From an uncultured virus (IMG/VR IMGVR_UViG_3300014205_004150) (Duplodnaviria > Heunggongvirae > Uroviricota > Caudoviricetes), in IMG/VR virus record IMGVR_UViG_3300014205_004150: DNA of 64,000 nucleotides. One strand, given 5' to 3'. The first letter of the stretch is position 1, and each line of letters starts with the position of its first letter. The notes under the pieces are model-generated. The model was not told where the DNA came from, searched no databases, and saw nothing but the letters and a program-made list of their open reading frames with translations. Position numbers and translations under genes: made by a program. Positions 39,122-49,714 of this stretch are shown here, piece by piece.

Positions 39122-40935
39122 TCCAAAACCCGCAAATTAACACAGAACAACCGTTTCCAAACTCCGAAACAGATAACACGCCAGATAGAGAAATCGTATG
39201 GAATTTCTCCAGATGCAACTTTTTCAAATTTGTCAATATCATGCCCGCCAAGAAGACCACACGATTCATCTACAGCACTATAATAATGTTTGCGGAAGAT
39301 ATCAACATTCTCTCGGAACCAGATTTCTTCGTCTGTTGCAAATCCTATTTTATCCATACGCATCCGTACATCTTCCGGCAACTCGCCTTTCATGGCATCA
39401 CGCAGGATACGTTTGGTTATAGCATCATACAGTTTATAGTCATCTGGAAGCGAATACAAAAACTCTACCAACCGGTAATCGAGGAACGGCAATCTGCTCT
39501 CTACAGTGTGGCACATAGAATTACGGTCTTCCCAATGTAACAGTGCTGGTAACGATGTATATTCCAACAAAGTTTTGGAATATGCTTTTAAAGAACTAAA
39601 ATCGGATGGTATGTTTTTATACGTTGTTGTAGTATCGGTTTTATTTCGTTTTAACCAATAACTAACAACAGTCTTTAAAATATTCACATAACTGAAATTT
39701 GGAATGTTCCGTGTCAAAAACAATTCGCGTGCTAACTGCAAATATTTTCCAGAAGAAACGAGATTTTTAAATCTGACGGGAAATGCATAGTGATACCCAA
39801 GTAAAATTTCATCTGCACCCTGACCATCTAAAATAACAGGTACACCGGATTTTTTTGCAGTTTTAAATACCTTCCACTGACCATACATTGATGTAGATGT
39901 AAATGGTTCATCTTGATACCAAACAAGTTTTCTGATATTTTCAAATAATTCTGCAGCATCAACATCAATATAATGCGCATTCGACCCTGTTTTTTCAACA
40001 ACAGATTTGGCATATTTCCGCTCATCGTATCTCAAATCGTTTGCAAGAAGCGTAAACGTATTGAAATTTTTCGGGTCTGTATGTTTTACGGATAAACACA
40101 CAATCGAAGATGAATCCAATCCACCGGAAAGACATGACCCAACCGTGACATCAGAACGCATCCGCAATTTAACTGAATCTTCTAAAAGTTCTCCAAATTT
40201 TACAATGCACTGGTCATAACTCTCTACATTTTGCAGAACCGAATCTTCCTTCGCGCCAAGCGAATACCACCGATATTTATATTTTTTGACATCCACATCG
40301 TCTATCGGCATTAAAACTGCTTCTCCACCACGAAGTTGATATACATCTTTAAAAAGTGTCTCCTCGGTGTGGTCAACCAACCCACTCGACAAAAAATCTT
40401 TTATAGTGTTTATATTTCCTGTTGCCTGCCAATCTGGATGAACTAAAAACTGTTTTATTTCAGATGCAAAAAGTGTTGCACCGGTTTTGGTTCTCCACCA
40501 ATATATTGGTTTTATACCAAACCTATCCCTAGCAGCAAAAACAAGTCCTTTTTGTGGGTCATATATCACAAACCCAAACATTCCGTTTAACTTATTAAGG
40601 CAATCGCTTCCCCACTGGATATATGCTGCCAACAAAACTTCAGTATCGCTATCAGTACTAAAATCATGCCCGAGACACTTTAATTCATCTTTCAATTCAA
40701 TATAATTGTATATCTCACCGTTATAAACAATATAACACCCTCCAACACACATTGGTTGGTTTGCGTTATCAGACAAATCTATAATTTTTAAACGCCGATG
40801 ACCCATTGCTACAGTTTTGTGGTCTGTGTAATACCCAAACGCATCTTTACCACGATGCGCAACAGAATCTGTCATATCATATATATATTTAAAATCCTGT
40901 GGTTTATTTGATACAATAAAAGAAATTCCGCACAC
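39118..40935 (-). CDS. asnB: AsnB-family glutamine amidotransferase (glycan amidation type)
   Basis: MCGI, HRG, GHRRL, NGEIYN, RDRFGIKP, LSGGLDSS, GQGADE, EDRNSM. Confidence 0.92.
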   Translation of the reverse strand: MCGISFIVSNKPQDFKYIYDMTDSVAHRGKDAFGYYTDHKTVAMGHRRLKIIDLSDNANQPMCVGGCYIVYNGEIYNYIELKDELKCLGHDFSTDSDTEVLLAAYIQWGSDCLNKLNGMFGFVIYDPQKGLVFAARDRFGIKPIYWWRTKTGATLFASEIKQFLVHPDWQATGNINTIKDFLSSGLVDHTEETLFKDVYQLRGGEAVLMPIDDVDVKKYKYRWYSLGAKEDSVLQNVESYDQCIVKFGELLEDSVKLRMRSDVTVGSCLSGGLDSSSIVCLSVKHTDPKNFNTFTLLANDLRYDERKYAKSVVEKTGSNAHYIDVDAAELFENIRKLVWYQDEPFTSTSMYGQWKVFKTAKKSGVPVILDGQGADEILLGYHYAFPVRFKNLVSSGKYLQLARELFLTRNIPNFSYVNILKTVVSYWLKRNKTDTTTTYKNIPSDFSSLKAYSKTLLEYTSLPALLHWEDRNSMCHTVESRLPFLDYRLVEFLYSLPDDYKLYDAITKRILRDAMKGELPEDVRMRMDKIGFATDEEIWFRENVDIFRKHYYSAVDESCGLLGGHDIDKFEKVASGEIPYDFSIWRVICFGVWKRLFCVNLRVLE

Positions 40936-40983
40936 ATTCTACATTATAGATAAACACACACAAAAACATTACGACCAAAAAAA

Positions 40984-41391
40984 TTAATCTCCATCTTTCT
41001 CAAACCGATTACAGAATTTGAACCACGGGCTATGATAGAATATTAACGCGGATATCAACATCCAGCTTGGAATAATCGATGTAAAATTATTAAGGTAAAG
41101 CAGTATCGCGTTGAATAGCATATAAACCGCAATTAATACACACACAACCAATTCCCACTCATCCGAATTTCCACAATAATATATCCCAGCAACCAGCAAA
41201 ACAGATACAACTGCAGAACCAATCCACAACAATTCCGGAGTCATTTCGGACACGAACCAAACCAGTGCAGAATGAGCCATACCAAATATAAAACCAAGAT
41301 TTATATATACCAAATAACAAGCAAGAAAAAAAACGCCCGTTGCTGCAACAGACGCGATAACCCTGCACAATTTACGCTTCGACTCTTTCAT
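40984..41391 (-). CDS. Membrane protein
   Basis: 135 aa, about 4 TM segments. Confidence 0.65.
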   Translation of the reverse strand: MKESKRKLCRVIASVAATGVFFLACYLVYINLGFIFGMAHSALVWFVSEMTPELLWIGSAVVSVLLVAGIYYCGNSDEWELVVCVLIAVYMLFNAILLYLNNFTSIIPSWMLISALIFYHSPWFKFCNRFEKDGD

Positions 41392-41702
41392 TGATATTCC
41401 CTCAATTTCATCTCATGTAAAATATTTTTCCATCGGGCTTCTTCCCCAATAATCTCTCGCGGATCTTTCCCGTTGCATTTCATAATGTGTATAAAACTTG
41501 GCAACATCCAAATTTTTGATTCTATGTCAGATTTTGACTTCATGTTTTTGCTATTACAAATCTCACATTCAATGTGGTCTTTATAATCGCGCATATACAT
41601 ATCAGAACTTGTATATGATGCCCACTGTATATGCCCGCAATGTACGCACCAGAACTGTTCTCTATGAGATGTTAACCCACCAATAAATGTGTTTCCGTCC
41701 AT
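41388..41702 (-). CDS. Zn-ribbon protein
   Basis: CVHC...CEIC. Confidence 0.6.
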   Translation of the reverse strand: MDGNTFIGGLTSHREQFWCVHCGHIQWASYTSSDMYMRDYKDHIECEICNSKNMKSKSDIESKIWMLPSFIHIMKCNGKDPREIIGEEARWKNILHEMKLREYQ

Positions 41703-41755
41703 GTCTAAATCACCATCAATGCAGAAACCAACACTTTATATAAGTTCATAAAAAA

Positions 41756-42364
41756 TTAAATTGAATATCCAAACATTTGATACGTGCAGTTCCCGTCAGC
41801 GCCACAAATTTTTACACCAATAATTCTACCACACCCATTATAAATAGGTACAGGCATTGGCGGCATGGTCGTTGTATCGGTTATTGTTTCCACAACGTCG
41901 TCTAAAAGCGTATCACACGGTTGTTCAGTTTCATCTCCGCACAACCCATCAGGTTCAACCATGGTGTAATTCAATTCGATGTTTGCTACCCCACCCGGGA
42001 CATATTCTATATGGTCTGCCCAAACAATATCACTTGCATGTTTAACATTCAATTTATTTTCTCCAATATAAAAGTATACTGGTGCCCCATATGGAACTGT
42101 TACCCCGCGAACCGGAAAAACATTTAACCTGTTTGCAAACGGACCTGCGCCACCCCACATTCCCTGAACATCGAGTGTGAGTGTTGAGTTAAAAATATTC
42201 TCGCCACGTACTGCTACAACTGTCCCGACAGGAGCAGGCTCACCATCGATGCTAAATGAACCACAGTTTATTGACATTGGCAATTGTGGTGGACTACCTA
42301 CATATGCTAAAGAAGGAGCAACAAACATTGCCAAAAGCAAAGAAAATATCACTAATCGTTTCAT
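41756..42364 (-). CDS. Secreted surface protein
   Basis: Signal peptide; PQLP...IDGEPAPVGTVV; three sequons. Confidence 0.7.
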   Translation of the reverse strand: MKRLVIFSLLLAMFVAPSLAYVGSPPQLPMSINCGSFSIDGEPAPVGTVVAVRGENIFNSTLTLDVQGMWGGAGPFANRLNVFPVRGVTVPYGAPVYFYIGENKLNVKHASDIVWADHIEYVPGGVANIELNYTMVEPDGLCGDETEQPCDTLLDDVVETITDTTTMPPMPVPIYNGCGRIIGVKICGADGNCTYQMFGYSI

Positions 42365-42421
42365 AATTATGTATTTGGCTATACAACTATATTATCGTAT
42401 CGGGAAAAACTCAAAATATAA

Positions 42422-42586
42422 TCATTCACGAAAAGCAAACCCAACCTTTGCACTTATCGGGACTAATGCAGGAGAGTTTCCACACTTGCACATATATGGT
42501 TTTGCTGCTTCAACATTTTTATCATTATACCGTATCTTATAAACCCGCCCGCACAGTTTGCACGTAAAATATGATTCCTTATTCAT
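42422..42586 (-). CDS. Small Zn-ribbon protein
   Basis: GAGGT RBS; CKLC...CKCG. Confidence 0.55.
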   Translation of the reverse strand: MNKESYFTCKLCGRVYKIRYNDKNVEAAKPYMCKCGNSPALVPISAKVGFAFRE

Positions 42587-42587
42587 C

Positions 42588-43820
42588 TCAATTACCTCTT
42601 TGCACGCACCCTTCGATTGTCGCGATTCTTTCCAAAATTGGTAAATATTGCACACCCCAATTATATTTTAGTTTAGAAAATTCAATTAATGTTTGTTTTA
42701 TTTTATCATAGTCTTGCCCCATGTTACTGATAACAAACTCCAAACTATTTGAAATATCACGAGGTGTATCCATATTAACACCAGAAGCAACTCCAATACC
42801 ATTCATAATCTCTCGAATCGCAGGGAGATCGTTTTCCGGGTATATCGGTATAACTCCGGCATGCATATACTCAAACAATTTGTTAGGTGTAGAATATTTG
42901 TTGTTAAGAGATGTTGGCATATAGGGTATAATCCCAAACCTATACTTAGTAGCAAACCCAACAAGTTCTTTCATAGGTATTGGTTCTATGAACGTAACTT
43001 TGTCTTTTATACCATACATATTTACCAACTCACGCAGATAAGATTCTAGCAGACCCCACCCGATTAGATGCAACTTTACTTTTTCAGTATACTTCATGCT
43101 TTCAATAACCTGCTCCAACCTCCTGTGTTCTTGATACCCACCGATATATAACACAACGTCAATGCACCGGTTATGTTCGTCATCACGTTCTGAAAAATTT
43201 GGGCAATTCATAACGACGTATGGTTTTACAACGCCATATCGATTTACAAATTCACACGCGATTTGGTTATTCACGGTCAAAATAAAGTTACATTTCCCAA
43301 CCAAAAACTTTTCCAACCGAGTGTAACACCATTTCAAAGACCGCGAATAATCCGGGTACATTTCGCTAAAAAGTTCGTGAGAATCATATATCAATTCCCC
43401 TCCATGTAGTCGCTTCAGCAAATACCCACACAGCAAAGTATCTAAATCATTTGCATAATAAAGTTTTGCCTTTTGTTGTTTGCATAACCAGAAAAACTTT
43501 ATGTTGAGATAAAAAATATAAAAAAATGCAAATATAGTTTTATCAAGTTTGTTTGATTCCCCAAGCACGTGTGATTGAGCTTGTAAAACTGTACGGGCAT
43601 GAGTAACACCACTCGGGTATCTTTTTACAGAATACCCGTATTCATCTGAAACTTTCCCAAACCCAACATACTCTTCACGCGGGTATCGTAAAACATCAAC
43701 AAAGGAATTAACAACAACATTCAAATTCCGAAATTGTTGCGCGATGGAACAAACACTTTTATTAACGCGCGGGTCATTACGTATTTCATTTCTGACAAGC
43801 ACAACAATATCAAAATCCAT
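42588..43820 (-). CDS. GT4 glycosyltransferase
   Basis: DPRV, YDSHE, TPNKLFEYM. Confidence 0.9.
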   Translation of the reverse strand: MDFDIVVLVRNEIRNDPRVNKSVCSIAQQFRNLNVVVNSFVDVLRYPREEYVGFGKVSDEYGYSVKRYPSGVTHARTVLQAQSHVLGESNKLDKTIFAFFYIFYLNIKFFWLCKQQKAKLYYANDLDTLLCGYLLKRLHGGELIYDSHELFSEMYPDYSRSLKWCYTRLEKFLVGKCNFILTVNNQIACEFVNRYGVVKPYVVMNCPNFSERDDEHNRCIDVVLYIGGYQEHRRLEQVIESMKYTEKVKLHLIGWGLLESYLRELVNMYGIKDKVTFIEPIPMKELVGFATKYRFGIIPYMPTSLNNKYSTPNKLFEYMHAGVIPIYPENDLPAIREIMNGIGVASGVNMDTPRDISNSLEFVISNMGQDYDKIKQTLIEFSKLKYNWGVQYLPILERIATIEGCVQRGN

Positions 43821-43828
43821 CTATCGGC

Positions 43829-45007
43829 TCATCCCCCGGAAGATGCAATCTTCAAAACATTCAGATATTTTTTTGAAAGAGTATTCCAGTCATATTCCAG
43901 AGAAATGTTGCGGATTAATTCACTGTCAATATCACAATACATATCAAACCCATGTTCCAAGACCCGCTTGAAATCTTCTCCGCGAGGGGTGTTTTTATAA
44001 AAAAATACACAGTTCTTATAATCATGTTTTGAAAATAATTTTCGTAATGATATGACTTCGCTTGACAAAACAGGAACACCACACGCCAGATAATTAAACA
44101 CTTTTCCACCAGCGGAATACATATTTTTATCCATATCCACAAGTGGGTTTAGACCAAAATCCATCGCAGATAGATACACACTCAACTTATCGTATGGGAT
44201 ATACCCTTTAAATATAACCCTGTCTTCAAGCGCGCGGGTTTCAACGAGTTTCTTTAATTTTTTGTAATAATCATCACCATATAGAAAAGACCCAATTATT
44301 AACAAAACAACATCGTCCAAATCGCCTACACCATGGATTATAGACTCCAAATCAACCCAATTTTCTATAGACCCAACATACCCGACAATTTTTTGTTCGC
44401 TTTTAAACCCGATACGACGTTTTGCAGTATGTTTATCTATAGGTATAAGTTTTTTTGTATCTACCCCATTCGGTATAACTGTATGAAACCGGTTGTCACC
44501 CGGTCGGGTTATAATTTCCCGCAACTCTTCGGTAACCGTAATAACTTCTTTTGCATGTGAAATGTTATATTTTGATATCATGCCGACAAAGTTTTTAACA
44601 ATGTCCTGCCGCAATCCTTTGTCATAACACATAGATGCAGATTCTTCCCAATGATCCAAATAGTCATGTACCACGGGTTTTCCAAGAAAATTCGCAAAGA
44701 AAGCTGGCAAGATGTTCGCAGTTACTATAACATCTATCTTTTTATCACGCACCACGTCGCGCATTGTCTTGAATATTTCTCCAGCAGAAAAAACATAATA
44801 CATCGACTGGTCTTTGTGTTTTGAGCCACGTATTGGAATTAACGTGCATCTGGTTTCCCTAGGGGAAACACCAGCATACAATGGCAAATTAAAATGTATA
44901 ACATACACCTCGTGCCCCATATCTACAATATTATCAAAAATAAAATTAAGCCTGTTCGGATTCGGATTTCTAATCCAGTCTGTTGTTGGGACAACAAGTA
45001 TTTTCAT
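43829..45007 (-). CDS. GT4 glycosyltransferase
   Basis: IPNGVD, GYVGS, KVFNYLACGVPV. Confidence 0.9.
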   Translation of the reverse strand: MKILVVPTTDWIRNPNPNRLNFIFDNIVDMGHEVYVIHFNLPLYAGVSPRETRCTLIPIRGSKHKDQSMYYVFSAGEIFKTMRDVVRDKKIDVIVTANILPAFFANFLGKPVVHDYLDHWEESASMCYDKGLRQDIVKNFVGMISKYNISHAKEVITVTEELREIITRPGDNRFHTVIPNGVDTKKLIPIDKHTAKRRIGFKSEQKIVGYVGSIENWVDLESIIHGVGDLDDVVLLIIGSFLYGDDYYKKLKKLVETRALEDRVIFKGYIPYDKLSVYLSAMDFGLNPLVDMDKNMYSAGGKVFNYLACGVPVLSSEVISLRKLFSKHDYKNCVFFYKNTPRGEDFKRVLEHGFDMYCDIDSELIRNISLEYDWNTLSKKYLNVLKIASSGG

Positions 45008-45013
45008 ATTATA

Positions 45014-45478
45014 TCACACAGTCTTGAACGCATCTATTATTATATTTTTTACACGTTCATCGATACCCTTGGAAACAGATTCCCTATTCCCAGCAACATT
45101 TAATATTTCTATATTATTATCACGAACCCAAACATATAGTTCTTGCGGTGTTGGATTTAATAGGTATAATTTGTTAAATTTTTTACACAGTGCAATGGTA
45201 AGTTTTGTACCCACACTATCTAATTTGTCTGCAAATATAACAGTAGCATTTGAATCTATAACATTCATATATGTGCGTTTATTGTGAGAAACGCCATAAT
45301 CATGCAAACCATATATATCACGCAAAATTAAATTTGGACCGCGTTCTGTCATAAATCTATCTGGAGCACAACCGCCGGTTTTTAATCTCAACTCCCATCC
45401 ACCGCGAAGTCCGCCCATATCAGCTCCGGTTTGCCCGCCGCTAATAATTTTTTTTAATTTAAGTTCCGGTTTTATCAT
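45014..45478 (-). CDS. SLOG-superfamily ('putative molybdenum carrier') protein
   Basis: IISGGQTGAD, RT..NV..S, GT..T, LNVAGNRES. Confidence 0.85.
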   Translation of the reverse strand: MIKPELKLKKIISGGQTGADMGGLRGGWELRLKTGGCAPDRFMTERGPNLILRDIYGLHDYGVSHNKRTYMNVIDSNATVIFADKLDSVGTKLTIALCKKFNKLYLLNPTPQELYVWVRDNNIEILNVAGNRESVSKGIDERVKNIIIDAFKTV

Positions 45479-45487
45479 CTTCGTAGA

Positions 45488-46330
45488 TTATATAACAACA
45501 CCATTAAAACTTTTGCGTGTGTATGGATACCTATACAAAAACCCACTGTCAAAAACCATCTCGCGTTCTAGTTTTTTGAAATAATCATCGTCAAAAACAA
45601 ACGAATCATTAACAAAACAAACTGGCTTGACTCCATATTTATTATACAAAACATTTATTTCATGCATAACCAGCCGTGGGTTTCGTTTAAAAACTTTTCC
45701 TCGTGTTGTTACATTTTTATCACATGCGTAACACGCGTGCGCGCACCCGCGCATTACTGTAACGTTATATATGTCATATAATGACATATTAACCAAATGA
45801 TACGATGGTATCACCAATTCGTCCAAAACATTATACAATGGGGAAGATTGTGGAATTGATGGGATTCCATCAACTACACACGATACCCCCACCGGTTGCA
45901 CCACCTCGCCACCAGAAAAAACAAATTGTGCCATTTTTGGAAATATGTGCTCGCCCTGTCCAGTAATTATATAATCTATATCTCGGCATAAGGATAAAAA
46001 CAGCGCATATTCTTTCGCAGACGAATCACCAAACAAAATCAATTTGCAATTGGAATTTTGTTTTATATCTTTACACAACTCAAAAATCAAATCTTTTTCA
46101 GAAATGTTTTGACACGATATCCCAACAATACCGCAATGAATTCCAGAGATTTTTGCACATATATCATCCGGTTTTAATCTTTCCGCATTTGCATCGATAA
46201 CACACACTTTATTTCCAGCGTGTTCAAGCGCAGCCGCAACATACAACAAATCTGTTGGCGTTTCTACTACATCCCGCGCGTGGTTCGGTTCTATTAAAAC
46301 AATTGTATTATTTTTCATTGATATCATCAT
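45488..46330 (-). CDS. Cobalamin-binding radical SAM protein, apparently C-terminally truncated
   Basis: B12-binding-like N domain, GEH, RGCAHACYAC, then stops about 75 aa later. Confidence 0.65.
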   Translation of the reverse strand: MMISMKNNTIVLIEPNHARDVVETPTDLLYVAAALEHAGNKVCVIDANAERLKPDDICAKISGIHCGIVGISCQNISEKDLIFELCKDIKQNSNCKLILFGDSSAKEYALFLSLCRDIDYIITGQGEHIFPKMAQFVFSGGEVVQPVGVSCVVDGIPSIPQSSPLYNVLDELVIPSYHLVNMSLYDIYNVTVMRGCAHACYACDKNVTTRGKVFKRNPRLVMHEINVLYNKYGVKPVCFVNDSFVFDDDYFKKLEREMVFDSGFLYRYPYTRKSFNGVVI

Positions 46331-47390
46331 ACTTTTCTATCGTCGAAACTATACTTCGTGCAGCATCACCGCTACCAAACAAATCCAATCTCCGTGGTTC
46401 GTTCGGTTGAAGGTGAACAAGTTCTGATATTTTTTCTATCTTATTACCAGCGCACACATTCCATCCGCCATGCAACGTTTCAACCCATTCTGTATTTTTT
46501 CTAACAGTTATACACGGTGTTCCCAAGAAATATGCTTCTTTCTGCAAACCACCAGAATCTGTTATAACCTTCCTAGAAAATTTCGTGAGAATCAACATAT
46601 CCAAATATCCAATTGGGTCTACAACAAAAACATTATCTGGAAAAGATAAACCATATGATGCTATACGTTGTCGGGTGCGTGGATGCAATGGAAAAACGAC
46701 CTGCTCACCAATATTTTCAAAGGTTTTTAAAATTTTAGTAAGCATGCGCGGGTCATCTGTGTTTTCAGCCCTGTGGATTGTAGCAACAAAATAATGACCA
46801 CTATACAAACCCATGTGGTCAATTATATTTGTTCTATTTACTGCTATGTTAATATATTTGTTAACAGAATCCAACATAACATCTCCCGTAATCGCTACGA
46901 CACAATTTCCACCACCAACTCCCTCTTCTTGTAAATTTTCCATAGATGTGCGTGTTGGGCAACAACAAATTGTTGATAGATGGTCTGCAATAACCCTGTT
47001 TATTTCTTCAGGCATGTTCCTATCATACGACCGCAACCCAGCCTCGACATGTATCACGGGTATACCCAATTTGGCAGCGCATATTGCCCCGCCAAGTGTA
47101 GAATTCGTATCTCCATACACCAAAACATAATCCGGGCATTCTTTTGAAATTATAGATTCCGCACCACGGATTATATCTCCTGTTTGGGTAGCATGTGACG
47201 ATGACCCAACACCCAAATTGTAATCCGAAGACGGAACATCTAACTCATTATAAAAAACATCAGACATTGTTTTATCATAATGCTGCCCGGTATCGATTAT
47301 TATCTCTTCGTGGTTTTTTCTAATCTCATGAGACAATACAGAAACTTTTATTAAGTTTGGTCTAGTTCCGACAACTGATAATATCTTCAT
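46308..47390 (-). CDS. wecB: UDP-N-acetylglucosamine 2-epimerase (WecB/WbpI type)
   Basis: GTRP, TGQHYD, GDTNST, HVEAGLRS, MPEEINR, TDSGGLQKEA. Confidence 0.93.
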   Translation of the reverse strand: MKILSVVGTRPNLIKVSVLSHEIRKNHEEIIIDTGQHYDKTMSDVFYNELDVPSSDYNLGVGSSSHATQTGDIIRGAESIISKECPDYVLVYGDTNSTLGGAICAAKLGIPVIHVEAGLRSYDRNMPEEINRVIADHLSTICCCPTRTSMENLQEEGVGGGNCVVAITGDVMLDSVNKYINIAVNRTNIIDHMGLYSGHYFVATIHRAENTDDPRMLTKILKTFENIGEQVVFPLHPRTRQRIASYGLSFPDNVFVVDPIGYLDMLILTKFSRKVITDSGGLQKEAYFLGTPCITVRKNTEWVETLHGGWNVCAGNKIEKISELVHLQPNEPRRLDLFGSGDAARSIVSTIEKYDDINEK

Positions 47391-47394
47391 AAAT

Positions 47395-48792
47395 TTACCT
47401 CAAATCCCCCCGACCAATACAATAATATTTAAATCCTTTTTCAATATATTCATCAGACTCTGCGACATTTCTACCATCTATGACAATAGGCTTTTTATGA
47501 CATGCTTTCTCCATATATTCCGGGGTTATTCCAAAATACCCATTATGTTTTGTCATAAACACAACAACATCCGCATCATTCAATACAAAATTGATATCTT
47601 GATACACCTTGACATCATATGAAGGATTTTTAACATGCGGGTCATGCACAACAATATCAAACTCTATTCCAGAAATATCACCGTATCTTTGCAAAAATTT
47701 TATAAAATGATAGGATGGTGTATTCCGGTCATCATCGACATCAGGTGAAAAAGCCCATCCCAATATAGCAACACGATATTTGCTACGCGTTTCTTGTTTT
47801 ACCAACATTCCTATCAAAGATTGAACCACCATCAACGGCATTCTGTCATTTATTTCCCTAGCGGCAATGAACAACGATGGGAATGATTCCCCATAATACA
47901 ACCAACGATTCTCAAGATTAACAGAATGCTCCAGATGCAACCCATCTTTTACCAAACAGTGCCCCCCGACACCTGCACCCGGTTGTAATAACGACCGCGT
48001 GATATACCTACCTTTTAGCGAATCGATACCACGAAAAACATTATTAAAATTTATACCAAGCAATTCACAGTACATTGCCAATTGATTTACTGTTGCTATT
48101 TGCACATCTCTGACCGCGTTTTCTGCAACTTTTGTGAATTCTGCTTCGCGGGCTGTCATACGTATTATATTTTCTGGTTTTGTTACAGTTGAATATAATT
48201 CAACACCTTTGGCTGTGCTTCTACTGTCTACACCGCCTACACACCGGGGTATTTGTAGAATGTTTTGCAGGCTTCTCCCGGGCGAAACTCTCTCTGGAGC
48301 ATGAACCAAATAATATTGTTCATATGAAAGACCAGACCGAGATGAAATAAGTTCGTTTATCCAACCATCTGTTGAACCCGGCGTAATTGTAGATTCGATA
48401 GAAACAATGGTATTTTCTTTTATATTGTCTGCAACGGAACACAGAGCAGATTTCAAACTATCATAATTTGGAACTATATTTGAACCACACACATCTACCG
48501 GAGTTTGAGTACACACGCAAACTGCATCACATTTATTTATAAACCTGTAGTCAGAACCACAGGCAAATTTTTCATCTTCAACATATTTTTTTATAAAACT
48601 CCCAAGCAAATCGTCAAATGGGTACGGATTCTCCCCACGGTTTAACATATCACATTTATGTTTTGACCGTTCTGACTTGCGTTGGATACCATACACAAAA
48701 TCAACATCTTTAGAAGATGCAAACGCCATTGCAGATGGGATACCAACATACCCCATCCCAACAACAGATACAACAAACTTCTTATTATTCAT
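47395..48792 (-). CDS. UDP-sugar 6-dehydrogenase (WecC/WbpA type)
   Basis: GMGYVG, EST, PERVSPG, K..EN, GVGGHCL, DDRNTP, DGRN. Confidence 0.9.
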   Translation of the reverse strand: MNNKKFVVSVVGMGYVGIPSAMAFASSKDVDFVYGIQRKSERSKHKCDMLNRGENPYPFDDLLGSFIKKYVEDEKFACGSDYRFINKCDAVCVCTQTPVDVCGSNIVPNYDSLKSALCSVADNIKENTIVSIESTITPGSTDGWINELISSRSGLSYEQYYLVHAPERVSPGRSLQNILQIPRCVGGVDSRSTAKGVELYSTVTKPENIIRMTAREAEFTKVAENAVRDVQIATVNQLAMYCELLGINFNNVFRGIDSLKGRYITRSLLQPGAGVGGHCLVKDGLHLEHSVNLENRWLYYGESFPSLFIAAREINDRMPLMVVQSLIGMLVKQETRSKYRVAILGWAFSPDVDDDRNTPSYHFIKFLQRYGDISGIEFDIVVHDPHVKNPSYDVKVYQDINFVLNDADVVVFMTKHNGYFGITPEYMEKACHKKPIVIDGRNVAESDEYIEKGFKYYCIGRGDLR

Positions 48793-49714
48793 GCTAACAA
48801 CATCTCGATTCTATCACAAATTCTAATATTATCCGCCGCCTGTTCCAGAGTTACAGGAAAATCATCTCCGGTAAGACAACAATCCAGAAACGTTTCCAAT
48901 TCTACCCGGAGAGGTTCTATTTTATTAAGTGATAATTTTTCAACAATGTTTTCCTGACGATATTTGTTGCCGATGGCACTGTATTGCCCCGGGGTTGTAT
49001 GAACATAAACTTCTTGGGTCATATAATCCCCCTCGATAGTATACTCCGCGTCTTCAATATATATTCGTCGAATTTTTTCGATGACAATCGACTTGCCGAT
49101 ATATAAATTGGCACATCCTCACAACCATCAGATAAAATAGAAAAGTTAACACCACACACGTCATTCCCACCAAATGGATGGATATCAAACTCCGAATCTT
49201 TAAACAATACATGTGTCAAAATGTCAATATCATGTATCATCAAATCTTTTGTAACGCTCGTTGTCGTAATTCTAGAAGAAGATGGGTTGTGACGGTTTAT
49301 CTCTACATATTCCGGACTTATCAAGATTTTTTGTATTTCTTGAACAATAGGATTAAACCGCTCGATGTGCCCGACACCTGTTGTCAAACATCCCGGTGCA
49401 AGTTTACATAACTCTACAGCATCATGATAGTTATCTGTAACAGGCTTTTCTACAAGAAAATTTACACCCGCATCGCATGCATCACATGCTATTCCATAGT
49501 GATACTCTGTGGGAACACATATACTCACAGCGTCACAATTTTCTAAACAACTCCCAACATCACTTGTGGGGCATGCCGAATATTTATTCGAAACTGTGTT
49601 TTTTAAACTTTCGTTCGTATCAAAAATATATAAATTGTTCACACACTTCATATTAGAATAAATCCTCGCGTGCCGTTCGCCCTGAACGCCACATCCTATA
49701 ACTCCAACATTCAT
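48789..49714 (-). pseudogene. Gfo/Idh/MocA oxidoreductase (WbpB type), interrupted by a 1-nt frameshift
   Basis: GCGVQG, EKP, GHIERFNP, DLMIHDID; an extra A in the A6 run (T6 at 49073-49078) gives SKKIRRIYIEDAEYTIEGDY-MTQEVY...EPLRVEL, joining the two track ORFs. Confidence 0.8.

Noticed and set aside
39118..40935. Housekeeping asparagine synthesis as evidence for a cellular chromosome
   Set aside because: It is coupled to wzm/wzt in a glycan cluster, the usual context of glycan amidotransferases.
45014..45478. Molybdenum cofactor metabolism
   Set aside because: The family name is historical; it is a SLOG nucleotide-binding fold and no Moco genes are nearby.
48789..49022. Independent 77-aa gene
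   Set aside because: It is the C-terminal part of the frameshifted oxidoreductase.
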